Positions 25,701 to 39,816 of a DNA stretch of 64,000 bases are shown one piece after another. This DNA is from Camelus ferus (lineage: Eukaryota): contig NC_045698.1 in assembly GCF_009834535.1 (NCBI RefSeq), forward strand, positions 10,666,001-10,730,000, written 5' to 3'. How positions within the stretch are numbered: position 1 is the first letter of the stretch; each line of letters opens with the position of its first letter. The notes beneath the pieces are model-generated. The model saw only the letters and a list, made by a program, of their open reading frames with translations. It did no database searches and was not told where the DNA came from. A program made the position numbers and the translations under genes.

Positions 25701-28384
25701 AAGGCAAAGAAAAGCACTGTTCGCAAATTAGTCACCCGAGGTAGGAAAGAAAAGGTTATTTCCCTAACATTTATGAATCAAGCAGGTTTAATCAGTATTC
25801 CTGATAATTTTTATGATGATATCCTTACAAAGTCTTTTTTTTAATTATAATTCTGGATTTGGACAGAGCTTGTTACATTTTAAAGTGCCTCCATAAGTAT
25901 TTTTAATTCTGTTGAGATTAAGAGAGATGAATGTTACTAAAAGAGATGAATGTATGCCTCTGGTTAATCATGCAGATAATTTGTCTCGCGGAAGAGTCTG
26001 TTCCATTGCAAAAGGAAACCTTGCATCCAACAGTCTGTGCCTACAGTGCATTGTGAGCCAGCTCAGTGCATTGTGAACCATTTCTCAGCATCACTGACGT
26101 TGAAAACCATGATTACAATTGGGCTGTTAATCCTTCTAAAGGTTAGATGTGCTGATGATACAAAGCAGTGCCAATCCTACCTACACTGTACCCTGTGAGG
26201 CATCTATCTCATCCTGCTTCCCATCAGTTAATTTCAAGCCATGGGAAGGTCCAGAAACACCAATACAGTGTTCCCATGGATCTGGGGCTTGTGAGATTCT
26301 GGCAGACACTCCTGCTGGCTGCAAATTCCTTTTCCTGTTTGTCTTTCTGCTTAACCAGTCACTCTTTGTCTCATGACAGGATCCCACTTCAGGGGGTGAT
26401 CCTCTCTACCTTCAGAAAACCACAAACATCTTTTACTCCAAAGCTATACTCTTCCTATAGGCGAGCATGGAATTATTAAAACCCTGGAGGGAAAACTCCC
26501 CTGCCTGGAGTGACAGAGGGAGAGGAGACAGAGAAGGGGAGAAGCTCCAACACAAACAACTGGTCCTCGTGGGACCGCCTGCTTAATTCCACTGGGACTG
26601 TTATTTGGCAGATGCTTCTTTGCACACTTTCTGATAAAGGAAAGTTTAGAAACCGTTTATTTTTCCAACAAATCACTTAATGAGCATAACAAAACATTCT
26701 GCAGGGTAAAATCTTTCCGCCAAAGTATACAAACTGCAGGTGTGTCCAGGCAAAAACCCAACCAAATCCTTTCTGGCCCCTAAGGTGTGCATACGCTGGC
26801 CACACAACAGAATCACTATCCACGCGAAGACAAAGAACATCGAGGATCTGAGCTCTGGGGACTCGGGTGTTTGTGAACAACTTGAGAATCACTGAACTAT
26901 ATAACAAACCGGGAAAGCTGTTCATAAACATCCCAGCAAAGATCCTTACAGTGATTTTGATCTAGCCATTTCCAAATAGATCTTTATTTCTTCTTCTTCT
27001 TTTTTTTTTAAGCAAATCAAGTGTAGACTTATGCAGCCTAACAAGCGGAAAGGTCTATAAAGTAAAGCAAGAGATGTAGGAGTGAGTTTCCATAGTGACT
27101 ATAGCATCCAACATTTTTACTTCCTGACCTACAGCCTTGAGTTTAAACCTAAGTGAAGAGTAGTGAAGACAGGTAAAAAGAAAGCTAACATAGGAAAGTG
27201 AAAACACACAGACGCAGTTTGGTCTTACTGTCTGACTTTGATCCTTTTGATGACTAAGGTATCAGTGTATTCTGTCAAGGTTAAGTGTCTAGCCTCAACT
27301 CGTAAGAGTTTTATCAGTTAAGAACAAAAACCAAAGAGATTCCTTTTTTCTTTTTCTTCAAATCTTTAGTTTAAAGAAAGGGTTTTTATTTAGTTCTGTT
27401 TTCAAGGTTGGCTAGATTTTGATCAGTCTCCAAACCCCTAGGAAAGTCCTAATGGCAGTCATCTTTTCGCCTTTCATTCTCAATATTCTAATTTTGCACC
27501 ACAAATAAGACACTTTACACATGTCACGGATGTCTGCAGGCCCAGCGTTTATTCTGACCTGAGAAGGAAAGTGAAGATGAACGTTCACCATCAGAGGTAG
27601 GAACTCCTCCTCGACCGTCAGGTACCTCGTGACCAGTCATGCGCTGAACCAGAGAAAATGACCAACGTCTGACTTTTCTGTGACCTAACAATAAATGTTC
27701 AGGCTGGCCTCGTCCGAGACATTTAGCCATTCCCATCTATGACTGTCAAAGAATCCTTCTGAGAACAAGCAAGACAATACATGAGAAGTTCTTAAATGTG
27801 CTGAAGGGGAGGGGGGTGGTGAGGAGAGTGGTGCGCGCCACACAAGTGATGGACGTCACCATTTGCTTTCACCCTGACCTCACCTCACACCTCCTATATG
27901 CAGGTTTGCTCATGAAGAGACCTCAACACTCTTAAATTTTCAACAAGCAGCACATCTGGCCAGAGTAATTCCCCCAACACTGTTTCATAACAGTTTGTGT
28001 TTCCTCTTTCTGTATCTAAGTTATGGTTCAAAGATTTCAAAGCAGGAACATGATATTATTCCAGCAGAGCACACATGTGCACCATTTTGCATCCTGTCCT
28101 AGGACAGAACCACTTGAAGAAAGTTGTTCCTGCTACAGTTTTCTAGAAGGAGGTGCCTGTTAAACACACACACAAAAATCACAAACGTGGATTATTTTTC
28201 TGGATTCAGAGCTTAACCAAATTCTGATTTTCTTATAACTTGGTTTTTACCATATTAAATTTGAAATCGAATAATCTATTTATAAGGTTAATTGATCTGT
28301 GCATTTCCTGGATTTGTGACAGTCACTCTTTTTCATTGCATATCATTTCTTCTTTTCTTTAAATTTGAAAATTAAAAAAAAACC

Positions 28385-28730
28385 CCAGCTTTATTGGGCT
28401 ATATTTAACATGCATATTTAAAGTGCTCAATTTGATATTCTGATACACATACATGTCAGTGAAGCCATCACCACTGTCAAGATAACTTATCCATCAACTC
28501 AAAAGTTTCCTTCCACTTCTTTTTTTGAGGTACAACTGACATATAACATTGTATCCATTTTAGGTGTAAAACATAATGATTTGATATATGCATATGTTGC
28601 AAAACAATCACCACAATAAGTTAACCACCATCACCACACATAGTTACAAACCTTTCTTCTGTGATAAGCATTTTTAAGATCTACTATTTTAGCAACATTC
28701 AAACACATAATACAGTATTATTAACTATGG
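28385..28730 (-). mobile_element. Two adjacent antisense L1 3'-end fragments
   Basis: CAGCTTTATTGGGCTATATTTAACAT... and TTTTGAGGTACAACTGACATATAAC...TACAGTATTATTAACTAT. Confidence 0.75.
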
Positions 28731-29424
28731 TTTGACAGTTATTCTAATAGTTGGTTTAGTTGCCAGCTTCAAGCAAAGGTAGATGCTTACGAATCTGCTC
28801 TATAAGAAAGTTTTTGGAAATGACAATGATTTGATTTAGTAAGTACTGCATTTTCAAATCTGCTTCAAAATTTTACTAATTTGTCAGGTGAAACGAGCCC
28901 TTCTGGCTTCCCAATGGTGCCCAGGAAGCCTCAACCGCACTCAAGGTCTGTCCAAGAGGGGAGTGTGCAGATACCTAAAGACAGCCAAGGTGCATCCTAG
29001 GTGACTCCATCCATGAAACGGAAAATGAATGGAAAACAGGGACGTCCCCACTGAGTGAAGCCTCAGAGAGAACCCACCGCTGCTCCAAATTAGTGGGCAT
29101 TCTGCTTTTATATAACTTGACAGGCTAATATGTTAATCCTGATGTTTTTTCTTCTTCACCCTGCAGCACGTGTCTGGAACTGTCCTAAAAGTTTTGATGG
29201 GGAATGTATATAACTAACAGCATGAGGATACTAACTGTTACTACTGCTTTTACGTTTATTAGACAGAAATGTGCAAACAAAATGTTTACAGGGACAAAGC
29301 TAACATATAAATTTTTGTTCAAAAAGAAAAAAAGAAAAAACTTAGGGCCTCTTCAATCTGGACAAATGAGGGATCCAAGGGAAAATAACTAAAGCATAAA
29401 ATAAGTGATCATTTTTAAAAATTA

Positions 29425-29772
29425 TTTTTTAATTGTGGCTAAAAGACACATAATATAAAATTTACCATTTTACCCATTTTTACAGTATAAAGTTCAGGGA
29501 GATGAAGCACAGTCACACTCTTGTATAACCATCACCACCATCATCTCCTGAGCTTTTTTCGTCTTGCGAAACTGAAACTCTGTACTCATCAAACACTAAG
29601 TCCTCACACCTCCTCCCCTGGCCCCTGGCAACCACCTTCCACCTCTGTCTCCGTGAACGTTACTCCTCTAGGTATCTCACGAGTGGAACCACACGTTGTC
29701 TTTTGGTGGCTAGCTTCTTTTGCCACAAGTCAGTAAAGTCTTCAAGTTTCATCCACGTTGTAGCACAAGTCA
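29425..29772 (-). mobile_element. L1M (L1MB-like) 3' end
   Basis: CACATAATATAAAATTTACCATTTTA...AAACTGAAACTCTGTAC...CCCTGGCAACCACC...TTCATCCACGTTGTAGCA. Confidence 0.8.
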
Positions 29773-32700
29773 ATATGAGATCATTTCTTTTCCCCCAAAT
29801 CGTAGCTTCGAGAACCAGGTGTCAATTCTGAAGTTCTAAGGAGTTAGTTTTTGTTCTTTGTTGTATTTTTAAGAAAAATTAAATGGACTAGTGCTTTACA
29901 AAGGGATGATAAACATTGAGCAATTTCTACCCCCAGAAGACAGTAAATGGCTAACAAGATAAATGCATTCACTACAATTAGATGAACTCCTAGGTAACAG
30001 ATGCATAGAAGGCTTATTATTGGGAGGAAATTTCAAATCCCATTTCAGCCTGCTCTGCTTAATGTGGAGATGGTCAACTGCTAGCTGGTGTTCTCTATGA
30101 CACTCGTCTCCCCTGAGAACCCTTTGAAGCTGGGTGTGGGTTGGGGGAGTGGTTTCTTACTCAGCAGATGGCCTCGCCAACCATCTCTTCACCTGCCAAG
30201 AGTCCGGAGGTTGCAGGTGTATGTCAGGCAGGTGTGAACCACATCAAAAGCTCAGCTCATTGAAGGCCAAGGACAGATACCAGCTCAGATCAAGCCACAC
30301 CCGAAAACAGCCTGGCTGGCAGCATCTCACGGGGCCCAGGCTCTGGCCCGGTGTTCAGGTTTGGCCTAGAGGACATACAGGTGGTTGAGCTCTGCCTCGG
30401 TCTTCCTGGGGAACCAGCTTCGTCTCACTCTGCATAGACAGGAGGCGGGGAAGGAAAGTGGTGGTCACCCAGCCCGGGGGCGTGTGGGGCCTTCAGTTCG
30501 CAGGATCCTGAGAAAAGTTAAGCTAAGTCTCTGAGGCTGGACTCGAAACAGATGGCACTGGAGGCAGGAAGAGTGGAAATCTTCTGTCTCCCCCAAGTCT
30601 CCTCCATACACAAAGTGGTCACAAGCCACAGCCGAGCAGTCACGTCACCACTGGATGGCAGTTGCCCGTCCTTTTCCCTCTTAGTAGGATGCCTAGAGCA
30701 GAGTGTTCTGGACACGCAAGGCAGAATGCATGAGGATGCCTAGAGTGAAGTCAGTTCTCCCAGCCATCTCCTCTGACCCCACTGTGATTCCACGGCAGGA
30801 TGGCAAATTCTTCTGGAAGCTTCAGACTAAGTGGGGCACTGAGTTGTGGCCAGAGCGCCGGGGTGATTAGAACTTTCACAGGCATCACCTCCCGAGGATG
30901 GTACCTGCCTGTGCCATGGTGGCAGGAGCCCGTCTCCTGGGCCATTTGGCTCCCTAACCAACCAGCCCCCCGGTTCTCATTCTATACCATAATGGACCCC
31001 AACAGATAAGAGCCCCTGCCAATGAGTATGGGGCTGACCAAGAAGGAAGAAAAGAGCCCATCTCACAGGAGCAGGAGGGGTGAGCCTGACGAGGCAGCAG
31101 GCTGGAGGAAACTCAGGTGTAAGGTGGGTTCTTCTACTTCCTCGATGTGCCCTTGTGTGAACTCTGGGCTGGGGGTGGGGGAGGATACGGGTCTCTGCCA
31201 AAGAAAGCTGATGCAAGAGAAGTGATAAGGAAATCCTCCAGGGTGAATGAGATGCTAACTTCCACACGGGGCGCCCAGGCAGCACACACACACAGCAGGC
31301 ACACACTTTGCACACTCAGGTGAGTATGCACACCTGGGACCTATCTTAGACACCTGACTGTGACCTTTTTGCAATGGACAAGATACTTTTCCTCCTGTGA
31401 ATCCATGAAGCAGGGGCGGAGGGGAAGAATAGCGTGTTCTTGCATCATCCATGAGATTCTGATCCGTAGTCAAGTTCACAGTCAGAGTAGAACAAACGTG
31501 GCTGCGGGGCAGAACAGCTTTACTAGCTAGCTGGGCTCTGGGATTTGTCTGCCTCTGCCTCACTTCCCCTGAATTCTGGTGTAACCTAAAGCCTTCTTTA
31601 TTATTTAACATCCCCAAGGTGAGCAGCCTTGGGACAGCTCTGATGTCTTCTGCTTATCCCTGTAGTCCCTGCTCTCTTGGCACAATAAGCAAACAGGCTC
31701 ACTTGCTTCCTAAACCCACAATTGTGTTTTACTCGCCAAGTTTCCTTGACCTTACACTTGGCCTAAGGTGTTTCCAGCCACATGTACTATTTCAGCGTTT
31801 TCACCCAACTTCTGGACTATCAGCTCAAAAGCAGCTGCGAACTTTGAAGTCCTCAGAGGTCCTTACCCTAAAGAAAGACATCAATATGCTATTTCTATCC
31901 CAACTGTAGCCTTCTAACGCTCCCGACTTGCTCTCATGTTGCCCAACTTCCACTGTGACTATTTAGATTTTATGAAGGTGTTGTATCTACAACTTAGAGG
32001 TCTGGGGAAACAGTGGAAATCAAAAGATAACTTGGTATTTTCCATATTTCCAATCGCACCTGGAAGCCGGGCCATCTGGGCTCAGATGAGCCCTGTCCAC
32101 CGTCTGTAAAGTCCTGCTTCACGGTGGCACAAGAAGATTGAGGATTTGTTTATTGGCGCCCTCCTCACACTCTGAGGATTTTTCATGTTTGCTTTGAGTC
32201 TAAGAGTTGCTTCCATCTTTCACAGCTCCCCGCCCGCTGCCTTTTCTTTGTGTATAACATGCTCTTTGTCTGGTGGGAGAATTCTGGTGCTTCTAGGGCC
32301 GTCTAGGGAGGACTGGCGCCATCAGGTTGGTATCGGTTTCTACTCAAAAATGTTTCCCTCAGGGAGAGAAATTACTTTGCAACCTATCATATTATCAACT
32401 TCCTCTTGCTCTTCTATTCCTGTTCAGCTAAGCATGCAAGGAGAAAACAGCTCTTTCTTTACAACTGAACTTTCAGGGAAGACTTTAATGAGATAACTGA
32501 TCATTTAACATCCAGATTAAGGGTGTTGACAGAAACGTGCTTTCCAATAAATCCTCCATTTCATCATTTTGGCAAAGAACAAAAATGCATATTGTTTTAC
32601 CTGTTTATCTAATTAGTGAATCTGGTCAAAGTCTAGTTTGGATAAATAAATGAGTCCAGAGCTGTCTTTCTTCCCTCTACCCTGCACCTGAAGCCACCAT

Positions 32701-35700
32701 CCTGAAGTTTAAAGACTTTGCTGCTGGCAGAAGAAAAGATGGTGGTCTTTGTTTTTTAACTTTCCTGATTCCATTAAGGACAAGAAAAGGAGACAGTATA
32801 AAGCAACTAAACAAAATGGCACGTGTATGTGTGAGTTTATGGGCTTGTGTCCAGGAGTTTCTCATAAGATTTTAGTACCTGCTGACCTTACCATATAGAG
32901 CCACAAATTTATAGGGTTTTCTGAGCCCCTACAGAAAGACTTGGGTTGACAAGGACTTGAAAGGAGGGTACTCTGGGTCCAGCACAAAAGAAGAAACACA
33001 GGGCTGCTGGAGGTCCCCCTGGATTCCAATCCACCAAGGGAGCCAGGCAGAGCCTGATTTGACTCTCCCTACACTGGGCTACCTTTGATGTCCTGCAATA
33101 CTGCTCAGTGACCGTAGGTGTCAGGGGACCTAGGGTTGGTCTGACCAGTGATGTGCAAAGGTAATAGATTAATCACCCCAGTACTGCAAACCTGCCCCCC
33201 CCCAAAAAAAAAATCCCTTGGGGACTTTTCACCAAGAGATTCCCGTAAAACTCTTATTTTGACACAGCCAAATCCTAACCTTGTGAGCATCTTTTGGTAA
33301 ATCACGCGGAAAGCATCATGTCAACCTGCTAGAAAGTGGTTATGATTTTTAAAGTTTAAAGACCATTAACCAAAGTGTCTTAAGATGACCATTTCCGTGA
33401 GTCAAGGGTTTAAGAAGACATTGTATGGACTCACTGCCTCCATACAATGCTCTGTTTTCCATACAAACCTTCCCCCCACCCCCTGTCCTTGATCGCCGGG
33501 ACACCCCCCACTAGAAACAGCACAGAAACAGCAGTAACTACAACTCCATTTACGTGTATTGGGTGTAACAGTCAGCGGGGCTGGGGCTATGATAAGTGGG
33601 ACAGATTTATTTAATAATCACTTTTAAGTGCTTTTTAGTCATTCAGCTTTTCAGAGGATTTCTTTCTCAATTATTTCCTACGTGGGCAATGGAATGGTAC
33701 TTCAAGAATAAATCACGGAGCCACAGCCAAGCGACTGATTATTGCCTTGGGCTGTTTCTATGAGGGACCCACCTTACGTCATCCAGCACATCTCATTTGA
33801 GAGGGAACACACACGTCTGACACACTGTGAACCAGACTAAAGATGAACCTCGAGTTTGGCGCTTTTCAAACTGCAGTCTGGCAGGTCGCTGGGCTCCTAA
33901 GATGAAGCGCTCTTCCTCAAAAGCAGTGCATTGCTCTCAGGAAGAAGGGGGCCGATACACCACTAAAGGCATGGGTGACAAGAGCAAAATCTCTTATTAT
34001 TGTCATCCATATGGGGAGCAAGGAAAAGAGGTAAAAGTCAGCAGCCTCAGAATGAGTGATTATGTGGCCAGTGAAGAAAACAGAGGTGGGAGGGGGAAAA
34101 TGAGCTGTTACTGGCTCTGACATAAAATCGCCTTTGCTGTGGAGGCTGCGCGCCGGTGCTCGGAGTAACAGCTGTGTACGAGGATGCTCTGATCCGAGAA
34201 GAAAGGAAGGGGCCCTGTAATCCTGCGGGACCTGCGGGCTGCAGCAAAGGGAAGCAGCAAGCCCTCAGTGCTAAGAGAACAAAAGGGTCGTAATCAGCGA
34301 AGCTGGTATATGTCGCGGCCTTCATCTGTGCTTCTGTGAACCAGCTCTGCACGGGGCTGGTTCTTCCAGTCTAGCTGTCCTTCGGATTCACAACAACTGC
34401 TGGGGCCACGTCAGCTGAGAGACAATCTACTGGTCAGGCTGCCAGAGTGAGCCTGGGTTCCCCGCCCCTAGTCACAGACCCGGCCTTTCTGACATCCTTA
34501 GGATGGAGAATTTCTCCTGCTTCCTGTGGGAGGACCACCTGCTTTCAAATAACCACCAGTCACTAGGAGACTCCCATGAAAAACTACCACTGAAAATCCC
34601 ATAAGGATTTTTCATTTGCTTTTTTTAAATTTCACGCTCTGTTCTGTGAAGGTGAGAAACTTCAAACATCACGACTGCACCTTTCTGTGATAAAGCGATC
34701 ATGGCTATTAGAAAGAAGATGACGTGTTATTACGAGGAGAGATGAGTTACAAATTACTTTTAATGACCCGCTGAAAGAAAAATAGTGATTTACCTGCCTC
34801 CATTCGCTGCCCCTTCCCACCAAAACAAAACAAACAAAAAACTCCACAAAAAGCAAATGAACAAACAAAAACACACCTCAAGGGAGATAAAAGAAGAAAA
34901 ATGCTTTCATGCCTAGAAGCTGTCCACCCCTAAAAAGGACACAGCCCACACATAAAATGGTTATTTCTACACTTTGAGAAGCCACAATGACTTAGAGGAG
35001 ACTACAGTCACTAAGGGATTAATTGCACTGTATTCTCATTCAGTTTGGGTTGAGAGCTTTATTTTCAAAGCTCCACCATTAGCTTTATGACAAATCTATG
35101 CTTTGCTTTCTAAGGTCCTCCCCGCTGCCAGCCCCAAATCAACTCCATAGAATTAAAAAAAAAATCTGGCTTATTTAAAACAGCCTGTAAATATTTACCA
35201 TCATGCTATGGGAAACCTCAAACAACAGGAAACTATCCAAATGTTGTCGAGGTTATGTCACCAATGGCTTAATAACCTCAAAAGCGAAATCAATGCAAAC
35301 AAGTACATATCACGGTTCTGGGTTAAGGAGGATAGGGTTTCATTTACAGAACAGTGTTGAGTGTTGAAAACGTAACACTCTTATTTCCACCATTTTCCCT
35401 TTGGACTTGCACCTCAACCTCAGTCACTGAGGACCTGGCATATACTGGAGATCAGATTTCTTCTTCTAATCTTGGGACAGCAGGTAAGTCCCAGATGCAT
35501 TTTCTCTCCCACCTTCCCGTTTGGATTTTGAGGAGGGAAAGCGTTCTAGTTCTAGCGTATTGTCTCCCTTTGTGTAACGATAAATGATGCAACAAAACCA
35601 GAATCCCTGCCCAAAGGACTGTCCCCTCTGACAATGTGAAATATATAGAGACAGTTCATAAACCATGACCACTAAACTTCATTTGCATAGAAATCATTGC

Positions 35701-36383
35701 AGGTTATGAGCCTACGTATTGGACAGACGGAGGGAGGGAGGGAAGGCGGGCTTAACAGCAAGTGCTCGCTAGCTGTTAGATTACTTATTACGTCAGTGCT
35801 GTTCTCTGTTCGGGGCCCAGACTGCGACACAGAGTACGGCACATTAGAAGCATCTTGGTTGGGCCGCAGCTCACTCTGATGACCAAAAGTGCCAAGTGCA
35901 GAACGCTCCTCACTAGGAGGTGAGAGCTAATAGCTGGAGGAGCGCTTCTCACCAGGGTTGCTCCTCACATCTGGGTCCGTTCAGTCTGTTTCCAGCCATG
36001 GTTGTGCAGGATGAGTCCCTGCTCCAGAAGAAGATACCGGTCAGTCACACAAGATCGCCGTGCACTAAGAAGCTGCTTTAATGGCCACTTGCAGTGCACC
36101 CCTAAAGAGAAGCTGGTCTTCTTTGTGGACTCACAGGGCGGAGGGCTGGGAGTGGGCAGGGGTCTCCCCAGCCCTCCGCTCCACCTCCCTGGGTCAGTGC
36201 GCCCTGCACGGTTAAGGCCATCTCCGCATCAGGGAGCACCTCAATGGTCACAAATCACTCTGACTTTTTAACCCTTGGGTGACGTCACCTCGAGCAAAAG
36301 GCCTCGTTTTGCATGTTTCCTTTCACCAGAAAATGATTTCTCACCCAAACACAAGAATTAACTGTTTTGCAAGGCGGTCTCAC

Positions 36384-37022
36384 TGATGCAGGAAAAACAG
36401 ATGTGGGGCGTGAGGTGGGCCATGTCCCAGGCCTCGGTTGGGCCCCTGGGATGTGCCCTATCTAGTGTGGGTCCTTGCTTCATGCAGGAAAGAATTCAAG
36501 AGCGAGTCACAGTTGAGTAAAGGTAGATTTATTTAGAGAGATACATCGAAAGGCAAGAGAAAGGTCACGAGGTGGGGGGGGGCGGTGTTGGGCTCAGATT
36601 AGAGTGAAAATAGGTACACACTCCATAGACAAGAGTGCTGGCCTTCTCTGAAAATGAGAGAGAGAGGCGGCCACGAGGCTCCCTGCTGCCAATTTTTATG
36701 GGCTCAGTGGCTTCATATGCTAATAAGTGGAAGGACCAGTCTAACTAGCCTGGGGAAGGGGCTGGGATTCCCAGGAAGTTGGCTACTTCCCACTCTTTGA
36801 CCCTTTGTGGCTAGCCCTGGGACAGTCATGGCGCCTGTGGGCATGTTATTCACCACGATAATATGGTACAATGGGTGCACAGTGAAGCTCAAGGTCTGCT
36901 GCAAGTCAACCCTCCCACCGTCTTGAGCCTCAAGGCCGGCTGGGGGTTGACTGTTTCACCATCCTTGCATTAACTGCTGTGTCATTCCTTGAATGGCTGT
37001 GCCCTGCCCCCGTCCTGTCTCA
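36384..37022 (-). mobile_element. ERV1 solo LTR
   Basis: TG...CA termini, 4-bp TSD TCAC (36380-36383 / 37023-37026), minus-strand AATAAA at 36528-36533, typical GAAAGAATTCAAGAGCGAG motif. Confidence 0.8.
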
Positions 37023-37344
37023 TCACTAGTGTCTCCATACAACCCGCCGACCGAATGTCATGTTTGTGCCACCAGTGATGCCCCCAGATCCAACACCTGG
37101 GTCAGCACCGGAGAGGAGCTGCTCTCCCGGCTGGGGGGTGGCGTGGCATTCTGGTAGCACATTAATGCGCCGTCACCCTTGCGCTAAGCTCGAGCACGGG
37201 GTATTGTGCTTTGGAAGAAATTGAAAAGACTCGGTCCGTTGTCCCTCCATTTAGAGGGCCAGGTGTGCTTCAGCTGATAGAAGATGGGGGACATCTGCAC
37301 TGACCCTGCACAAATCGCATTCACCACATCACTTGTGTGTCCAG

Positions 37345-37660
37345 GCACGCATTCACTTCATCCAATTGTTTCATTCCAGCCCGTCTGAGGCTCCCTCTGT
37401 GCTGAGCACTGTAGGAAGGGAGCCCTGAGGCAGGCTCGGTAGGTGGCATCACACACTGGCCCTGCTTTCCTTCTGGGGCTCGTGGGGAGATGGGGAGACA
37501 GACGTGGAACTATGGAGACGCCCTGGACATGGACGAGGCAGGGAGGGCAGGAGCTCCAGTGCCCCCAGGAAGGGTGGAACGAAGGCTATTCTCTCTGCCC
37601 TAGATGCTGTGACAAGGCAAGAAACAGTACCGCAGAAATCGGGGGAACCTAATCTGAAAT
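37345..37660 (-). mobile_element. L2 3' end remnant
   Basis: CATTCACTTCATCC...CTGAGGCTCCCTCTGTGCTGAGCACTGT...GGCCCTGCTTTCCTTCTGGGGCTC pattern of an antisense L2 tail. Confidence 0.5.
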
Positions 37661-39141
37661 TGATGAATGCTTGGAAGGAAAAAAAAAAAAACACTAAAAA
37701 AAAAAGACACCTGATTTATGAAAAGGTGCTGAAAAGCAAGGAAACTGCAAAGTTGGCCAGAAGGTATGGCCACTGAGAGCCCAGGGAGTGTTTTTTTTTC
37801 ACCTGATGATTAAATTTGATGAAAGTAATATTCTGCAGCATAGATAAGAAGGAACGGGGAGGCACTCACCATCAGAGGAGGGCAGGGAGGGGCAGGGCGA
37901 AACCGGCTCGGCAGTTTGGGAAGGCAGAGCCGGATGCTATGATGTTGAAGGAAGAGAGCTAAGGAGGTGAGGTTAGAGTTCCGGGAGGACTGGGACGGAC
38001 CCTGCAAGTGACCTCAGTGCTGAAGGGGGGCCACTGTCTTCATGAGGACAGAGGGGGACCTCAAAAAGGAGGCGGGGAAAGCTTAGGCCAGGCAGACACC
38101 CAGGGAAGGAAGGCTGCCCTCCCGCTGTGGTCCTCTGACCCGAGCACAGACCACAGGCTCTGAGTCTCACCGCCTCCCTACAATCCAGGCCAACTTCTCT
38201 GACTCCAAGACTGGACTCCACGCTCCTCCGTGCTCCAGGATTCCTGCTACGAAGCCCCACCCAGGGCACGAAGGAGGATGGGGCTCACCTTGGAGAGGGG
38301 GATGAGGCCAGCGGACCCTCTTGTCCAGGCGTGTCTTCTACAGATGTCCGCTGCTGGTAGCCACACTCTCCTTCCCGGCAGCGTTAGCCCACGTGCCCGT
38401 GGACTGTGGAACAACTACTGCGGTCAATGAGAATATACTTTACAAACTGTAAAGTGCTCAAAAATGTGCAGTGTGCACCAGGCAAGGGAAAGGGCAATGC
38501 TCATTTCATTGCATTAAAACTGAGTTCCCCTAAAAAGGAGTTCACCTGAGTTTATGATTAAGCTCTCTTTCCAAAACTTTATTCCCTTTCTTGTCCCCTC
38601 TGACCTGGATCCTGTGCTAACCGAACACTAATCAACCAGTCAGATGACTGGAATTGCAGTTGTCCATGACATCTATTGTTATGACTGACATTGCTGCCAT
38701 TAATTTAGTATCATTAACGTACATCAGCAAACAGACGCGGGTTCCTCCAGGGCAAGGTGAGCTCACAGGGCCCCAAGCCATGAACCACTTGGCCTGAGAA
38801 TCATAGACCAGAGACATCCGGATCCCTTGAAACTAGGATGAAGAAGTGTTACGAGATGATGATTCATCCCAGCTTCTTTGTTTTTCCCCTTTAAAAACAC
38901 CCCCCCCCCCACTCCAAGGCCAAGCTGGAGTGGAGCTCGCTTGGTGCCCTGCAATGAGCCCTTCCTTTGCACAAACACCTGCTCTCAAAGTTTGGCTTTC
39001 CGTCCTGCAGGTACATGAGCCCTTGCTCAGTAACAGCATCCTGAAAAAGGAATGTCCACCTCTGCTGAACTGAAAAGAAACAATTGGGTTAAGGATTTGT
39101 TTTCCTCCCCCTTAATTTAAGGTATTTGTATTAACATTGGT

Positions 39142-39213
39142 GAAAGAAAGAAAGAAAAGAAAGAAGAAAAGAAAAGAAAAGAAAAGAAAAGAAAAGAAAA
39201 GAAAGAAAAGAAA

Positions 39214-39254
<41 letters not shown>

Positions 39255-39427
39255 AAAAAAGAAAGAAAGAAAGAAAGGGAAAGAAAGAAAAGAAAGAAAG
39301 AAAAGAAGGAAAGAGAGAAAAAAGGAAGGAAGGAAGGAAGGAAAGAAAAGAAAAAGAAGAGAGAAAGAAAGAAAGAAAAGGAAAGAAAGAAAGAAAAGAA
39401 AAGAAAGGAAAGGAAAGGAAAGGAAGG
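39142..39427. repeat. 286-nt purine-only (GAAA/GAAAA/GGAA)n tract
   Basis: Only A and G seen between these positions. Confidence 0.95.
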
Positions 39428-39816
39428 TATTTGATGTAATATATACATAATTAGAGGTATTCCTTTACAATATGGATATGATCCAATTATAGAAAATATT
39501 TTTACTTCCTTAAATTTTCATCTAAGAGCTTCCTAGTAGCTTGGTTTCTTATTATTAAATGCTGTATTTTGCACTATTTTTCAAGAAGGTATCAATGGAA
39601 TGAAGGTACAGATAAGCCTAAATCAATAGATACAGGTAGGTGTTTTTAAATTTTACTCTCACTAGAAAACTTAGCAGTAACACCCTTAAAAATAGAATTT
39701 GAATGCCACTTAAGGACTAATTAGAGAAAAGGAAACACAAGATGGAAGTGGCAGGGCCCTTAGAAATTAGTAGACAAGTTAAGACATGATTGGGTCACGC
39801 TAAATTATGGGGCAGG

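Noticed and set aside
26040..26080. Short direct repeats (CAGTGCATTGTGA x2; similar at ~25923 and ~53995)
   Set aside because: Two- or three-copy slippage duplications with no regular repeat-spacer periodicity. Not CRISPR-like, and the context is eukaryotic.
39131..39448. Lys/Arg/Glu-rich and Phe/Ser/Leu-rich ORFs
   Set aside because: Translations of the purine microsatellite.
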